Shown: positions 1 to 10,562, counted from the first letter of the stretch. The stretch is 64,000 bases of DNA from Desulfomicrobium sp. (GCA_040768745.1 JAXGMI010000001.1:96001-160000), one strand, 5' to 3'. The notes: generated by a model from the sequence alone, not told the origin. Numbers and translations: made by a program.

Positions 1-2
1 TT

Positions 3-233
3 CTGGACCACGGTTTCGGGCTGCAGTCCCTCTATTCGCACCTGAGTGAAATCCACGTCCGCAAGGGGGATACGGTCCAGCGCGGGCAGATTATCGGCAA
101 GACCGGCGCCACGGGCATGGCCGGCGGTGATCATCTCCATTTCGGAATGCTCATCTCGGGTCTGGAGGTCCAGCCCATCGAATGGTGGGACGCTCATTGG
201 ATCAGGGACAACATCACCTCCAAACTCCAATAG
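3..233 (+). CDS. M23 family metallopeptidase, C-terminal part (truncated by window edge)
   Basis: Own translation of frame 3: LDHGFGLQSLYSHLSEIHVRKGDTVQRGQIIGKTGATGMAGGDHLHF, with the M23 YxHL and HLHF motifs; stop TAG at 231-233. Confidence 0.9.
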   Translation: MDHGFGLQSLYSHLSEIHVRKGDTVQRGQIIGKTGATGMAGGDHLHFGMLISGLEVQPIEWWDAHWIRDNITSKLQ

Positions 234-528
234 GAGGACTGTATCCTTTCCCGATGCAGGCCGTCCGACTCAGGTCGTGCGCGCACCGGAAGCCAGCCAC
301 CTGTCAGGCGTGGGTTGACTCGCTGACGGCCTGGATGGGCTGATGGAGAGTGGACGCCCTGGCCTTCTGCCCGGAATTTGGAAAGCCCCATGCCAGGGCT
401 TTACTCTGGGGCATTGCCCACATCCGTGTTGGGTGAAATTCCGCAATTCTGCCCCGGCATATCCTGAAATACTTTGAGGCGGATATGTAGGGAGCTGAAA
501 TTACAAACTCAAGATAACCATTGCATCC

Positions 529-543
529 TGGCATGCATCGTGC
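529..543 (+). promoter_or_regulatory. Putative sigma54 (-24/-12) promoter of the lactate utilisation genes
   Basis: TGGCATGCATCGTGC fits GG-N10-GC, about 40 nt upstream of the LutC start. Confidence 0.6.
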
Positions 544-582
544 CAATAAAATGTACACAATGAACTCATCCCAGGAGGACGT

Positions 583-1215
583 ATGGGACCAGCCCCAGAG
601 GTTTTAGAAAAGTTCAAGAAAAAAGCCGAAATCGTGTCGGCCATTGTCTCGGAAGTGGACTCCCTGACGCAGGCCATCGCCTATACCGTTGATCTGTGCG
701 CCCAGAAGGAAGCCTGCCAGCTGCTCATGAGCGGATGCGAGGAATCCCTGTCCGACAAGGGCAAGGATTTGTGCGAGCTGAAGCAATGGGGAAAAATCAT
801 CGCCGCACCGGGCCTGAACGAGGCCGACATGGCCGAGCTGGTCAAGCAGGCCGCCAGCCGCGAGATTTCCGTCATCAAGGACGGACTGCGGAACCACCTG
901 GCCGGCATTGATATCGGCTTCACCGTGGCTGACTACGGCATCGGCGAAACAGGCTCCCTGGTGCTCGATTCTTCCAGCGAAGAGCTGCGCATCGCCACCA
1001 TGGTCAGTGAAATCCATGTCGCGGTCATCCCCAAGTCCCGCATTCGGGCCACGGCCGAGGACATGTACGCAGAGCTCAAGGGATACATGACCCAAAAGCC
1101 CAACTACCTGGCCTTTGTCACCGGCGCCAGCCGCACGGCGGACATTGAACGCGTCCTGGCCCTGGGCGTGCATGGGCCCTTGGAACTGCACATCCTGATT
1201 CTGGAGGACAAATAA
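583..1215 (+). CDS. lutC: Lactate utilisation protein C (LutC/YkgG, LUD domain)
   Basis: ETGSLV and TGASRTADIE...GVHGP motifs; RBS AGGAGG. Confidence 0.9.
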   Translation: MGPAPEVLEKFKKKAEIVSAIVSEVDSLTQAIAYTVDLCAQKEACQLLMSGCEESLSDKGKDLCELKQWGKIIAAPGLNEADMAELVKQAASREISVIKDGLRNHLAGIDIGFTVADYGIGETGSLVLDSSSEELRIATMVSEIHVAVIPKSRIRATAEDMYAELKGYMTQKPNYLAFVTGASRTADIERVLALGVHGPLELHILILEDK

Positions 1216-3353
1216 TGCAGAAGGCCAAAAATCTTTCCGAATACAACAAGGAACTGCAGCAGGCCCTGGAAAACACCTTCCTGCGCGGGGCCATGGACAA
1301 GTTCGCCACGGCCTATCCCGTTGGCCGGGCCAACGCTTTCCGCGAATACGACATCGCACAACTGATCGAGGAAGTGGCCAAGGTCAAGGACGCCGGACTG
1401 GGCAGGCTGGACGAGCTGTACGCCGAGTTCAAGGCCAAGGCCGAGGCCAACGGGGTGCATGTGCACCTGGCCAAGACCGGTGATGAGGCCAATGAGATCA
1501 TCGCCCGCATTGCCCGGGACAACAAATGCCGCAAGATCGTCAAGTCCAAGTCCATGACGGCCGAAGAGACCCTCCTCAACCACCGCCTGGAAAAGGACAA
1601 TCTGGAGGTGACCGAGACCGACCTGGGCGAGTGGATCATCCAGCTCCGCAAAGAAGGTCCCAGCCACATGGTCATGCCTGCCATCCACCTCTCGCGCTAC
1701 CAGGTGGCCGAACTCTTCTCCCAGGTCACCCAGCAGGATCAGTCCACGGATATCCAACGCCTGGTCAAGGTGGCCCGGCGCGAATTGCGCCAGAAATACG
1801 CCGAAGCGGACATGGGCATCAGCGGATGCAACTTCGCCATCGCTGAAACCGGCACCATTGGCATCGTCACCAACGAAGGAAATGGCCGTCTGACCACCAC
1901 CCTGCCCCGGGTGCATGTGGCCCTGACCGGCATCGACAAGCTCTGCGCGACCCTTGAAGACGCCCTCAAAGTGCTGCGTGTTCTGCCGAAGAACGCCACG
2001 GGCCAGGCCATCACCTCGTACGTGACCTGGATCAGCGGGGCCAACGAATGTCAGACCGCGCCCGGCAGCAAGAAAGAAATGCACATCGTATTCCTGGACA
2101 ACGGGCGCAGTGAAATGGCCAAGGATCCCCTGTTTGCCCAGGTGCTCCGCTGCGTGCGCTGCGGGGCCTGCGCCAATGTCTGTCCGGTCTACCGCATGGT
2201 CGGCGGGCACCAGATGGGGCACATCTACATCGGTGCCATCGGCCTGATCCTGACCTACTTCTTCCACGGGAAGGACAAGGCCAAGAACCTGGTCCAGAAC
2301 TGCATCAATTGCGAAGCATGCAAGCACATCTGTGCCGCCGGCATTGACCTGCCCAGATTGATCAAGGAAATCCACGCCCGCATCCTGGACAAGGAAGGCC
2401 ACCCCCTGCCCTCTCTCCTGCTGGCCAAGCTGATGAAGAATCGCAAACTCTTCCACAGCTTCCTGCGCACGGCCAAGCTGGCCCAGCGGCCCCTGACCGG
2501 CGGGACGCAGTACATCCGGCACCTGCCCCAGATCTTCGCCAAGGATCACGGGTTCAAGGCCCTGCCGGCCATCGCCGCCAAACCCTTCCGGGACCGCTTC
2601 GAAAGCCTCAAGCCCCGCGTGTCAGCGCCCAAGTACCGCATCGCCCTGTTCTCTGGTTGCGTGCAGGACTTCGTCTATCCGGAGCAACTGGAGGCGGCCA
2701 TGAAGGTGCTGGGTGCGCACGACGTGGACGTGGACTTCCCCATGGAACAGTCCTGCTGCGGGCTTCCCCTGCAGATGATGGGCGAGAAAAAGGCCTGTAT
2801 CGACGTGGCCAAGCAGAACATCGAGGCCATGAGCGGGAACTACGACTACATCGTCACCTTGTGTGCATCCTGCGCCTCGCACCTGAGTCACAACTACCCC
2901 TTCCTGCTGGGCGAGAACGACACCGCAGCCAAGGCGTTTTCGGACAAGGTCATCCCCTTCTCGGCCTTCATGACCGATGTGCTGGGCGTGACCGCAGACA
3001 AGTTCAAGCAAACCCAGGAGCGGGCCACCATGCATGCCCCCTGCCACCTCTGCCGAGGCATGGGCGTGGTCGAGCAGCCCAGAAAGCTTCTGGCCCTGGG
3101 TGGCTACGAATACGCTCAGGCTGACCTGGAACAGGTCTGCTGCGGATTCGGAGGCACCTACTCAGCCAAGTTCCCGGGCGTGTCCGAACAGATCCTCAAG
3201 CACAAGCTGAATGACGCCGGCCGCACCGGCGCGGAAGTGCTGGTCACTGAATGCCCCGGCTGCATCATGCAGCTGCGCGGAGGCGCCGAAAAGAACAAAT
3301 CCGGCTTTGCCGTGCGGCACATCGCCGAAGTGCTTTCCGACCATCTCAAATAA
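1215..3353 (+). CDS. L-lactate dehydrogenase Fe-S subunit (LutB fused to CCG domains, LdhH/LldH type)
   Basis: ETDLGEWIIQL, two CxxCxxCxxxC ferredoxin motifs, two CCG motifs; overlaps the lutC stop. Confidence 0.9.
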   Translation: MQKAKNLSEYNKELQQALENTFLRGAMDKFATAYPVGRANAFREYDIAQLIEEVAKVKDAGLGRLDELYAEFKAKAEANGVHVHLAKTGDEANEIIARIARDNKCRKIVKSKSMTAEETLLNHRLEKDNLEVTETDLGEWIIQLRKEGPSHMVMPAIHLSRYQVAELFSQVTQQDQSTDIQRLVKVARRELRQKYAEADMGISGCNFAIAETGTIGIVTNEGNGRLTTTLPRVHVALTGIDKLCATLEDALKVLRVLPKNATGQAITSYVTWISGANECQTAPGSKKEMHIVFLDNGRSEMAKDPLFAQVLRCVRCGACANVCPVYRMVGGHQMGHIYIGAIGLILTYFFHGKDKAKNLVQNCINCEACKHICAAGIDLPRLIKEIHARILDKEGHPLPSLLLAKLMKNRKLFHSFLRTAKLAQRPLTGGTQYIRHLPQIFAKDHGFKALPAIAAKPFRDRFESLKPRVSAPKYRIALFSGCVQDFVYPEQLEAAMKVLGAHDVDVDFPMEQSCCGLPLQMMGEKKACIDVAKQNIEAMSGNYDYIVTLCASCASHLSHNYPFLLGENDTAAKAFSDKVIPFSAFMTDVLGVTADKFKQTQERATMHAPCHLCRGMGVVEQPRKLLALGGYEYAQADLEQVCCGFGGTYSAKFPGVSEQILKHKLNDAGRTGAEVLVTECPGCIMQLRGGAEKNKSGFAVRHIAEVLSDHLK

Positions 3354-3399
3354 CCAGGGCGGGCCGGTGAACCCGACCCGCATTTTTCTCTCCTTGCGC

Positions 3400-3435
3400 A
3401 CCGGGAGCCTCTCCTTGAGAGGCTCCCGGTTTTTT
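3400..3435 (+). terminator. Rho-independent terminator
   Basis: ACCGGGAGCCTCTC/GAGAGGCTCCCGGT stem followed by a T run. Confidence 0.85.
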
Positions 3436-3698
3436 ACGCAGGCGCTTCCGGTCCCCAATACAGACAGGCGAGTCCTTGTCCGTTCAGTGCGGACAAAAAC
3501 AACGTCATCCTCCTCGACAGAAATGTAGTGAAGGTTACTTTACCCTTCATCACCATTCTGCTAATAAAGATAATGGTTAGGCAAAGGCTGGACCGGGACA
3601 CACCTCCCAAATTCTGATGACACAAAGCCACAGATAACCCGGCGCAGTGGGCAAGAGGCGGTTGACCTATCTCAACGTTTTTATCGGAGGAAATAATC

Positions 3699-5960
3699 AT
3701 GAATGGTTCCCAACCCCATCGTTGGCGGTTTTTCCGCCTGGGTGGATTCGACCAGGTCCGACTGGAGACGGCCGAGGATATCCAGCACCTGGACGAATTG
3801 GACCAGAAACTGTGGGCGGCCTTGAGCTGTCCGGTGCATGGCCTGGAATTCGACCCGCGCACCCTGGCCATGCTCGATACAGACACGGATGGCCGGGTCC
3901 GTGTGCCGGAAGTTCTCGCTGCTGCCCGATGGGTCACCAGTCTTTTGAAGGACAAAACCCCCCTGCTGTCCATGGCGGACACGTTGCCGCTGGCGGCCAT
4001 CGATGCCACCACCCCGGAGGGCAAGGGCCTGCTGGCCTCAGCCAAGCAGATTCTGGCCTATCTCGGCAAGCCCACGGCCACGAGCATCAGTATCGCCGAC
4101 CTGGCCGGGACCGAAACCCTGCTGCATGACTCCAAATTGAACGGCGATGGGGTTGTCACCCCCGCCAGCACCGACGACGCCGCCCTGAGTCAACTTATCG
4201 GGGAAATCATGGCCTGCGAGGGAACGGTCAATGATCGCAGTGGGGCTCCCGGCATCGGAGTGGAACTGGTCACCGCCTTTTTCGATGCCGCAACCAAATA
4301 CGCCGCCTGGTGGGATGAGGCCCTGGCCAACTCCCAGGTCGTGCTGCCCCTCGGGGACAAGACGTCTGAAGCGGCCGCGGTGCTCCAGTCCGTACGCTCC
4401 AAGATCAACGACTATTTCACCCGCTGCGCCCTGGCCACGTACGATCCCAAAGCCCAGGAACCCCTCAATCCGGCCTCGCAGACCTACGAAATCCTTTCTC
4501 CCCAGGATCTGACAGCAGCCACGGCCGAGCTGGAACGCTTCCCCCTGGCCCGAATCGAATCCGGGCGACCCTTGCCCCTGACCGAAGGGCTCAATCCGGC
4601 CTGGTCGGGCATCATGGCCTCCCTGCAAGCCATGGTCATCAAGCCCCTTCTTGGTGAGACAAACACCCTGGAGCCGGGCCAGTGGAAACAGATCCAGGCC
4701 GCGTTTGCCCCCTACGAAGCCTGGCAGGCAGCCAAAGCCGGGCCTGAGGTAGAAAGTCTGGGCATCGATCGGATCCGGACGATTCTGGCCGGAGGCGCGA
4801 GACAGGATCTGGACGCCCTGATAGCCGCTGATTTGAGCTTGGCAGAGCAGATCGACAGCATCGAAGCGGTGGTCCGTCTGGTCCACTACACCCGTGACCT
4901 GTTGCCCCTGCTGAATAATTTCGTGGCATTCAGGGATTTTTACGTCCAGGATCGCAAGGCCATCTTTCAGGCCGGCACTCTCTATCTGGACGGGCGGGCC
5001 TGTGAGCTCTGCGTTCGGGTTGACAATCCGGATGCCCACGGCGCCCTGGCCAACCTGAGCCAGACCTACCTGGCCTATTGCCAGTGCAAACGTCGCGGCA
5101 GTTCGGAGCAGATGACCATCGCCGCGGCCTTTACCGGGGGAGATGCCGACAACCTCATGGTCGGCCGCAACGGTGTTTTTTACGACCGCAAGGGCGGAGA
5201 CTGGGACGCGACCATTGTCAAGATCATAGACCACCCCATCAGCGTCCGCCAGGCGTTCTGGGCTCCGTACAAACGCGTTGCCCGCATGATCACGACGCAG
5301 ATCGAAAAATTCGCAGCCTCCAAGGACAAGGCTGTGGATGCTGGAGCCGAAGCGAGCATCGCCAGTGCTCCGGCCACTCCGCAGGCGGCCAAGGCACCCT
5401 TTGACGTGGGCAAGTTCGCCGGTATCTTCGCCGCCATCGGCCTGGCCTTGGGCGCCATCGGCACAGCGGTGGCCACGGTGCTGGGTGGTTTCATGTCCCT
5501 GCCTCTCTGGCAGATGCCCCTGGCCATCGCCGGTATCATCCTGTTCATCTCCGGGCCATCCATGCTCATGGCCTATATGAAGCTGCGACAGCGCAACCTC
5601 GGCCCCATCCTGGACGCCTGTGGATGGGCCGTGAACACAAAGGCCAGCATCAACATCCCCTTCGGCACCACCCTGACCAAGGTCGCCGAACTGCCCAAGG
5701 GCGCGGAACGCTCCTTGAGCGACCCCTTTGCAGAAAAGAAAACTCCCTGGACGCGCTGGGCCGTGATCCTGGCCATCCTCGTGGCCCTGGGCATGGCCTG
5801 GGACAAGGGCTATATTCAGAAATTGACCAAGTCCGTCATGCCCATGCTCATCAAGGAGCAGGTCAACGCAACAGTCGATAAACCCGCTGCTCCTGCCGCG
5901 TCCGTTCAGCAGAACGCAACCGCGCCGGCTCCCGCATCTCCTGCAGAGCCCGCAAAATAA
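3699..5960 (+). CDS. Hypothetical membrane protein with an EF-hand-like loop and C-terminal TM helices
   Basis: 753 aa ORF with RBS GGAGG; DTDTDGRVRVPE loop; hydrophobic segments near the C-terminus. Confidence 0.8.
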   Translation: MNGSQPHRWRFFRLGGFDQVRLETAEDIQHLDELDQKLWAALSCPVHGLEFDPRTLAMLDTDTDGRVRVPEVLAAARWVTSLLKDKTPLLSMADTLPLAAIDATTPEGKGLLASAKQILAYLGKPTATSISIADLAGTETLLHDSKLNGDGVVTPASTDDAALSQLIGEIMACEGTVNDRSGAPGIGVELVTAFFDAATKYAAWWDEALANSQVVLPLGDKTSEAAAVLQSVRSKINDYFTRCALATYDPKAQEPLNPASQTYEILSPQDLTAATAELERFPLARIESGRPLPLTEGLNPAWSGIMASLQAMVIKPLLGETNTLEPGQWKQIQAAFAPYEAWQAAKAGPEVESLGIDRIRTILAGGARQDLDALIAADLSLAEQIDSIEAVVRLVHYTRDLLPLLNNFVAFRDFYVQDRKAIFQAGTLYLDGRACELCVRVDNPDAHGALANLSQTYLAYCQCKRRGSSEQMTIAAAFTGGDADNLMVGRNGVFYDRKGGDWDATIVKIIDHPISVRQAFWAPYKRVARMITTQIEKFAASKDKAVDAGAEASIASAPATPQAAKAPFDVGKFAGIFAAIGLALGAIGTAVATVLGGFMSLPLWQMPLAIAGIILFISGPSMLMAYMKLRQRNLGPILDACGWAVNTKASINIPFGTTLTKVAELPKGAERSLSDPFAEKKTPWTRWAVILAILVALGMAWDKGYIQKLTKSVMPMLIKEQVNATVDKPAAPAASVQQNATAPAPASPAEPAK

Positions 5961-6001
5961 GCCAGGCGCCGGGTCCAACCCGGCGCCATCCTTGTGCACC
6001 A

Positions 6002-6454
6002 ATGTTCATACGCGTCGCAACTCCCGCCGAACTGATCAGGGTCTTCATGGTCAGGGCCATCGTCTTCATGGAGGAACAGGGCATATCCTGCCGTGACGAA
6101 ATGGATGAGCACGATGACGCATCCATCCATGTCCTCGGAGAAGTGTGTGGCGAGCCAGTGGCCTGCGGCCGCATCCGCTTTCTGGGCGACAGAGCCCTGC
6201 TGCAGCGTCTGGCCGTCCGCCGGGCGTGGCGTGGGCAGGGACATGGAAGCGCCCTTTTACGGTTCATGCTCGACGAATGCCGCAGAAACGGATTCCATCG
6301 CTTTACCCTGCGCGCCCAGACCCAGGCTTGCCATTTCTATATGCGGCACGGATTTTCAGTCTGTGGCCAGGAGTTCGACGAGGCTGGCATTCCCCATCTG
6401 CCCATGCTGCTGGATGAAACGACCGGGGCGGGGGGGCCAATGCAAACCGAGTAG
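6002..6454 (+). CDS. GNAT N-acetyltransferase (ElaA-like)
   Basis: RLAV...RGQGHG motif A; AQTQA...FY...GF...EAGIPH. Confidence 0.85.
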   Translation: MFIRVATPAELIRVFMVRAIVFMEEQGISCRDEMDEHDDASIHVLGEVCGEPVACGRIRFLGDRALLQRLAVRRAWRGQGHGSALLRFMLDECRRNGFHRFTLRAQTQACHFYMRHGFSVCGQEFDEAGIPHLPMLLDETTGAGGPMQTE

Positions 6455-6585
6455 CCCCCCATACCGGTCCTGTCCCTGGCCTTCCCGTCCCCTGTATTCT
6501 TCCTCAACTCGTTGAATTTACGCTTGCATTCTGTGTCATACGGAAGAATGATCCCTTCTGACCACACCCTCGACGACACACAAAC

Positions 6586-7752
6586 ATGAAATTATCCTCC
6601 TTTTCCCTGCAGGCCCTTGTTTTTTTTCTAGTCTCGGCCAGCTTTTCGACCATGTACCTGGTCCAGCCCGTCCTGCCAGTGCTGCAGACGGAATTCGGCA
6701 TATCCATTTCCCGCGCGTCCCAGACAGTATCCATGGTCATCCTGGGCGTGGCCCTGTCCACCCTGATTTTCGGCCGTCTGGCGGACATATACCCGGTCAA
6801 GCCCCTCATCATCCTGGGCGGGGCAGTCATATCCCTGTCCGGTCTGGCCTGCGCCCTCGTGCACAACATTGACGTTCTCATTGCCCTGCGGCTGATTCAG
6901 GGCCTCTTTATTCCGGCCCTGACCACCTGCCTGGCCACCTACTTGGCCCGGAATCTCCCTTTGGAACGGCTCAATGTGGTCATGGGCTCCTACATTGCAG
7001 CCACCGTGACCGGAGGTTTGGGCGGCCGGCTTCTGGGCGGCTGGATTCATCCTCCCCTGCATTGGAGATACGCCTTTGTCACAACGTCGGTCCTGGTGCT
7101 GATCGCGGCCTTGGCAGCGGCAATCCTGCTCCCGGCAGAACGCAAGCCCACTGAGAAGCCAGGTCAGGGCCCAGGATTTTTCAGCCTCATGCGCCGTCCC
7201 CCCATGCTGGCCATCTTCACTGTCGGATTCGGGGCCATGTTCGTGTTCGGGGCGACCTTCAATTACCTCCCCTTCTACCTGAGCGCCCCGCCCTTTGTCC
7301 TGAGCACCAACGCCATCACCCTTTTGTACATGAACTACATTGCAGGCGTGATCATCGCACCGTTATCCGGGAAATTCAGCAATCGCTTCGGCAACGGACT
7401 GACCATGATCCTGGGCACCTTGATCCTGGCCGCAGCTTTGCTGCTGAGCCACATTCCTCTCTTATGGACCGTGGCCTTCAGCCTGTGCATGGCCTGTACG
7501 GGGTTCTTCGCTGTCCACGCCGCAGCCATGGGCAGCATGAACCGCAAACTTGCCTCCAGCCGAGGCAGGGCAAATTCCCTCTACATCCTATGGTATTATC
7601 TGGGAGGATCGGCCGGAATCACAGTTTCCGGGGTGGGCTTCAAGCATTTTGGATGGGCTGGCGTGACGGGCACGGGACTGGCCATGCTGGTTCTCCTTCT
7701 CGGACTTGGCGTTTTCGAACTGCGCGGCGAGCGGGAGAACAGAGAACCCTGA
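6586..7752 (+). CDS. MFS transporter (YnfM-like)
   Basis: About 12 TM helices; GRLADIY motif; LRLIQG. Confidence 0.85.
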   Translation: MKLSSFSLQALVFFLVSASFSTMYLVQPVLPVLQTEFGISISRASQTVSMVILGVALSTLIFGRLADIYPVKPLIILGGAVISLSGLACALVHNIDVLIALRLIQGLFIPALTTCLATYLARNLPLERLNVVMGSYIAATVTGGLGGRLLGGWIHPPLHWRYAFVTTSVLVLIAALAAAILLPAERKPTEKPGQGPGFFSLMRRPPMLAIFTVGFGAMFVFGATFNYLPFYLSAPPFVLSTNAITLLYMNYIAGVIIAPLSGKFSNRFGNGLTMILGTLILAAALLLSHIPLLWTVAFSLCMACTGFFAVHAAAMGSMNRKLASSRGRANSLYILWYYLGGSAGITVSGVGFKHFGWAGVTGTGLAMLVLLLGLGVFELRGERENREP

Positions 7753-7929
7753 CCGGCCTGGCCGGTGGAGGAAAATTCTGCTGGTCAGACATCTTGTTTT
7801 CGACTCCAAACACCCCCCCTCCAAGATGGTGCGCCAGGCCCTTCCCAAGGGCTGATGCTGGCCAGAGGCAGGATTCCCGGCTGACCTGACTGCCAAGGTG
7901 TGTTTGCGATTTTTTCAGGCGACAGAGGA

Positions 7930-8589
7930 TCAGAACCAACGCACAATCTGCTCCAGGGGCCGACGGGTCTTGCGCTTGGGGGCCTTGGCCCGATACCCAA
8001 AGGCCAGCATGTAGGCCACCCCATACTCGTTCAGGTCCACGCCGAAATCCTCGGCCAGGGTCTCATCCACCTTCTCCTGTACGAACCCTTCGATGGGGCA
8101 GGAATCAATGCCGATGAGCGCGGCTGCGGTCATCATGTTGGCCTGGGCGAGGTAGCACTGCTTGCAGGCCCAGTCGAACATGGCCCTGTCACTGTCCAAC
8201 AGGCGAAAATCGGATTGCTGGAACGTGGCGTAGTATTCTGTGCGGGCGGTGATGCGGTCCTCGGGCAGTTCCTGGATGTTGCGCATGAAATCGGAGATCC
8301 CAACACTGTCGAACTTGAGCAGCGGGGTCTTCATGGCCAGGCAGACCAGAAAATGGCTTGCCGTGGGAATCTGGGTCTTCCCCCCCCAGGTATGCGGCAA
8401 TAATTTGGTCCGGAACTTCATGTCCTGAACCACCAGAAACTGCCAGGGCTCGAAGCCGAAAGAGCTGGGTGAAAGGCGCGCTGTTTCCAGGATGAACAGA
8501 AAATCCTCCTCTGAAATTTTAACATCCGGGTCGAACTCTTTGCATGCGTGACGGAACATGAAGGCATCCAGAATGATCTGCTTGTCCAT
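7930..8589 (-). CDS. NAD(P)H-dependent nitroreductase
   Basis: RHACKEFD, SPSSFGFEPW, GIDSCPIEGF; start MDKQ after RBS AGGAG. Confidence 0.9.
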   Translation of the reverse strand: MDKQIILDAFMFRHACKEFDPDVKISEEDFLFILETARLSPSSFGFEPWQFLVVQDMKFRTKLLPHTWGGKTQIPTASHFLVCLAMKTPLLKFDSVGISDFMRNIQELPEDRITARTEYYATFQQSDFRLLDSDRAMFDWACKQCYLAQANMMTAAALIGIDSCPIEGFVQEKVDETLAEDFGVDLNEYGVAYMLAFGYRAKAPKRKTRRPLEQIVRWF

Positions 8590-8794
8590 CTCTGTCTCCT
8601 GAAAAAGATTGGCTGTGAAGCGGTTGGATACCAAACCCGTACCCGCGGCTGGGCCAAAGTCAAGAATTGCGCTTCTGGGTCTGCCGGTCTTGGCAGGCCG
8701 GCCCGACTTCCTCAATGCGGCTGATTCCTCTTGCCGGCCTCAGACCCAGGGCGTAACTGGACCACCTTGCACACTCTCATTCTGACAATCCACC

Positions 8795-9973
8795 ATGGCC
8801 ATGAAAAGCACACCATCTTCAAAAATCAAGACCTTACTCATCCTCATCCTCCTGGCCGCCTTCCCGCCCCTGTCCACAGCCATGTACTTGCCGGCCCTGC
8901 CGACCCTGACCAAGGTGTGGGGCTGCACAGAAGCCGCCATCAACCTGACCTTGGTGGGATTCTTCGTCAGCTTCAGTCTGGCTCTTCTCGTCCATGGCCC
9001 CCTGTCAGACCGCTATGGCCGCAAGCCTGTCCTCATGGCCGGGATTTCCCTCTACATCCTGGCCTGCCTGGTCTGCTATCTCTCAAACGGTCCGAACATG
9101 CTCGTCGCCGGCCGCATTCTGCAGGGATTTGGCGCTGCAGCGGCGGCGACCCTGGCCCTGGCCATGACCAAAGACTGTTTCGATGGAGCCGAAAGGGAAC
9201 GGGCCATGGCCCACATGGCGGTCATTGGCTCCTTGGCGCCCATGCTGGCCCCGGTCCTTGGCGGAATCATGCTTTCGTTTGCCAGCTGGACCGCCATTTT
9301 CCTTTCCCAGGCAGCCCTTGGGGTGGTGTCCATGTGGGGGGTGTGGAAGCTGAAAGAGCCATCACCTGCGACCACGCGCACGTTGAAAGAGGTTTTTGGC
9401 AGCTACCTGCGGCTCATGTGCAATCTCAGGTTCATGACCCTCTGCCTGCTCGTCGCGCTGGGCATGACCCCCCTTTTTTGCTTCACAGGCGGGTCATCCT
9501 TCATCTTCATTTCCCATTTCGGTCTGAGCGAGCAGGCCTACAGCTTTTTCTTCGCCTTCAACGCCGCAGCCCTCATGCTCGGGTTCTGGATCTGCGGGCT
9601 CCTGCTCAAGCACACCAGCGGATTCCGGATCATCATGATGGGCTATATCGGCATTTTCGTCGGTGCCATGGTTCTGGCCTTCTGCGCCAACCTTGGTCCA
9701 TGGGGCATGGCCCTGCCCATGGGCTTCCTGACCATGAGCCTGGGAATCTCCCGGCCGCCCAGCAACAATTTCCTGCTCGAACAGGTCAAGAGTGACGCGG
9801 GTTCGGCCGCCTCCCTGATCATGTTCACCATGTTCGTCAGCGGCGCGGCGGCCGTTTGGTTTATCGCCCTGCCCTGGGACAACAAGATCCTGACCCTGGC
9901 AATGGTTGGTGTGGCTGCGAGCGTCCTGGTCCTCATCCTGTTGCCCTGGCTGGGGCGTTCCCCTCAGGCCTAG
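8795..9973 (+). CDS. Bcr/CflA family multidrug efflux MFS transporter
   Basis: MYLPALP and GPLSDRYGRKP motifs. Confidence 0.9.
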   Translation: MAMKSTPSSKIKTLLILILLAAFPPLSTAMYLPALPTLTKVWGCTEAAINLTLVGFFVSFSLALLVHGPLSDRYGRKPVLMAGISLYILACLVCYLSNGPNMLVAGRILQGFGAAAAATLALAMTKDCFDGAERERAMAHMAVIGSLAPMLAPVLGGIMLSFASWTAIFLSQAALGVVSMWGVWKLKEPSPATTRTLKEVFGSYLRLMCNLRFMTLCLLVALGMTPLFCFTGGSSFIFISHFGLSEQAYSFFFAFNAAALMLGFWICGLLLKHTSGFRIIMMGYIGIFVGAMVLAFCANLGPWGMALPMGFLTMSLGISRPPSNNFLLEQVKSDAGSAASLIMFTMFVSGAAAVWFIALPWDNKILTLAMVGVAASVLVLILLPWLGRSPQA

Positions 9974-10015
9974 ATCGAGGTGAAAAGTCTGGCCCGGGAT
10001 ACGGCGGACCACGTA

Positions 10016-10050
10016 AAAAAGGGGTTGCGGAAATTTTTCCGCAACCCCTT
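10016..10050. terminator. Terminator between the convergent MFS gene and tRNA-Lys
   Basis: AAGGGGTTGCGGAA/TTCCGCAACCCCTT hairpin with an A run on the left. Confidence 0.85.
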
Positions 10051-10058
10051 GAAGTATC

Positions 10059-10134
10059 TGGTGGGCCAACAAGGAATCGAACCTTGAACCTGCTGATTAA
10101 GAGTCAGATGCTCTACCAATTGAGCTATTGGCCC
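10059..10134 (-). tRNA. tRNA-Lys (CTT)
   Basis: Reverse complement GGGCCAATAGCTCAATTGGTAGAGCATCTGACTCTTAATCAG...GGTTCGATTCC...GGCCCACCA. Confidence 0.95.
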
Positions 10135-10307
10135 GTCTGTTCGGAATATACAAAGCATGTCAAGGTATTAGCCATAAAAACCTGCTTTGTTCCGACAACG
10201 AAGAGGCTTCTACGGTTTTCCACCCTGGCCGTCAAGGAAAAAAACAGACACGTCTCTACCCTGCCGCATACCCGCCCCGCTGCGGAAGAAATGTCCCTGC
10301 AGAAGTT

Positions 10308-10562
10308 TCACAACAGGTACTTCACCCCGTCACAGGAGGCCAGGGCCTGACTCAGACCGTCCAACTGCTCTTGGCTGTGCAGGAGCATGCGCACCGTGTA
10401 CGTCACATAGGTGCCATTGCGGGATACGTTGCTGGCCCTGGGCTTTTCGGTGAACCCCTGGGCGGCGATGGCGGAGCTGAGGGCATCAAAGGTTGCATCG
10501 GCGCAGGTGGCGATGATCTTGTATTCCCAGTGCAGCGGAAATTCGAGTTCAGGTCTCTTCAT
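10308..10562 (-). CDS. DUF493/YbeD family protein
   Basis: LEFPLHWEYKII...SRNGTYVTYTV; RBS AGGAGG. Confidence 0.8.
   Translation of the reverse strand: MKRPELEFPLHWEYKIIATCADATFDALSSAIAAQGFTEKPRASNVSRNGTYVTYTVRMLLHSQEQLDGLSQALASCDGVKYLL

Noticed and set aside
3578..3670. Possible c-di-GMP-I riboswitch (GGCAAA...GACACAAAGCC)
   Set aside because: No GNRA-capped stem between the motifs and no convincing second hairpin; an Rfam scan would be needed.
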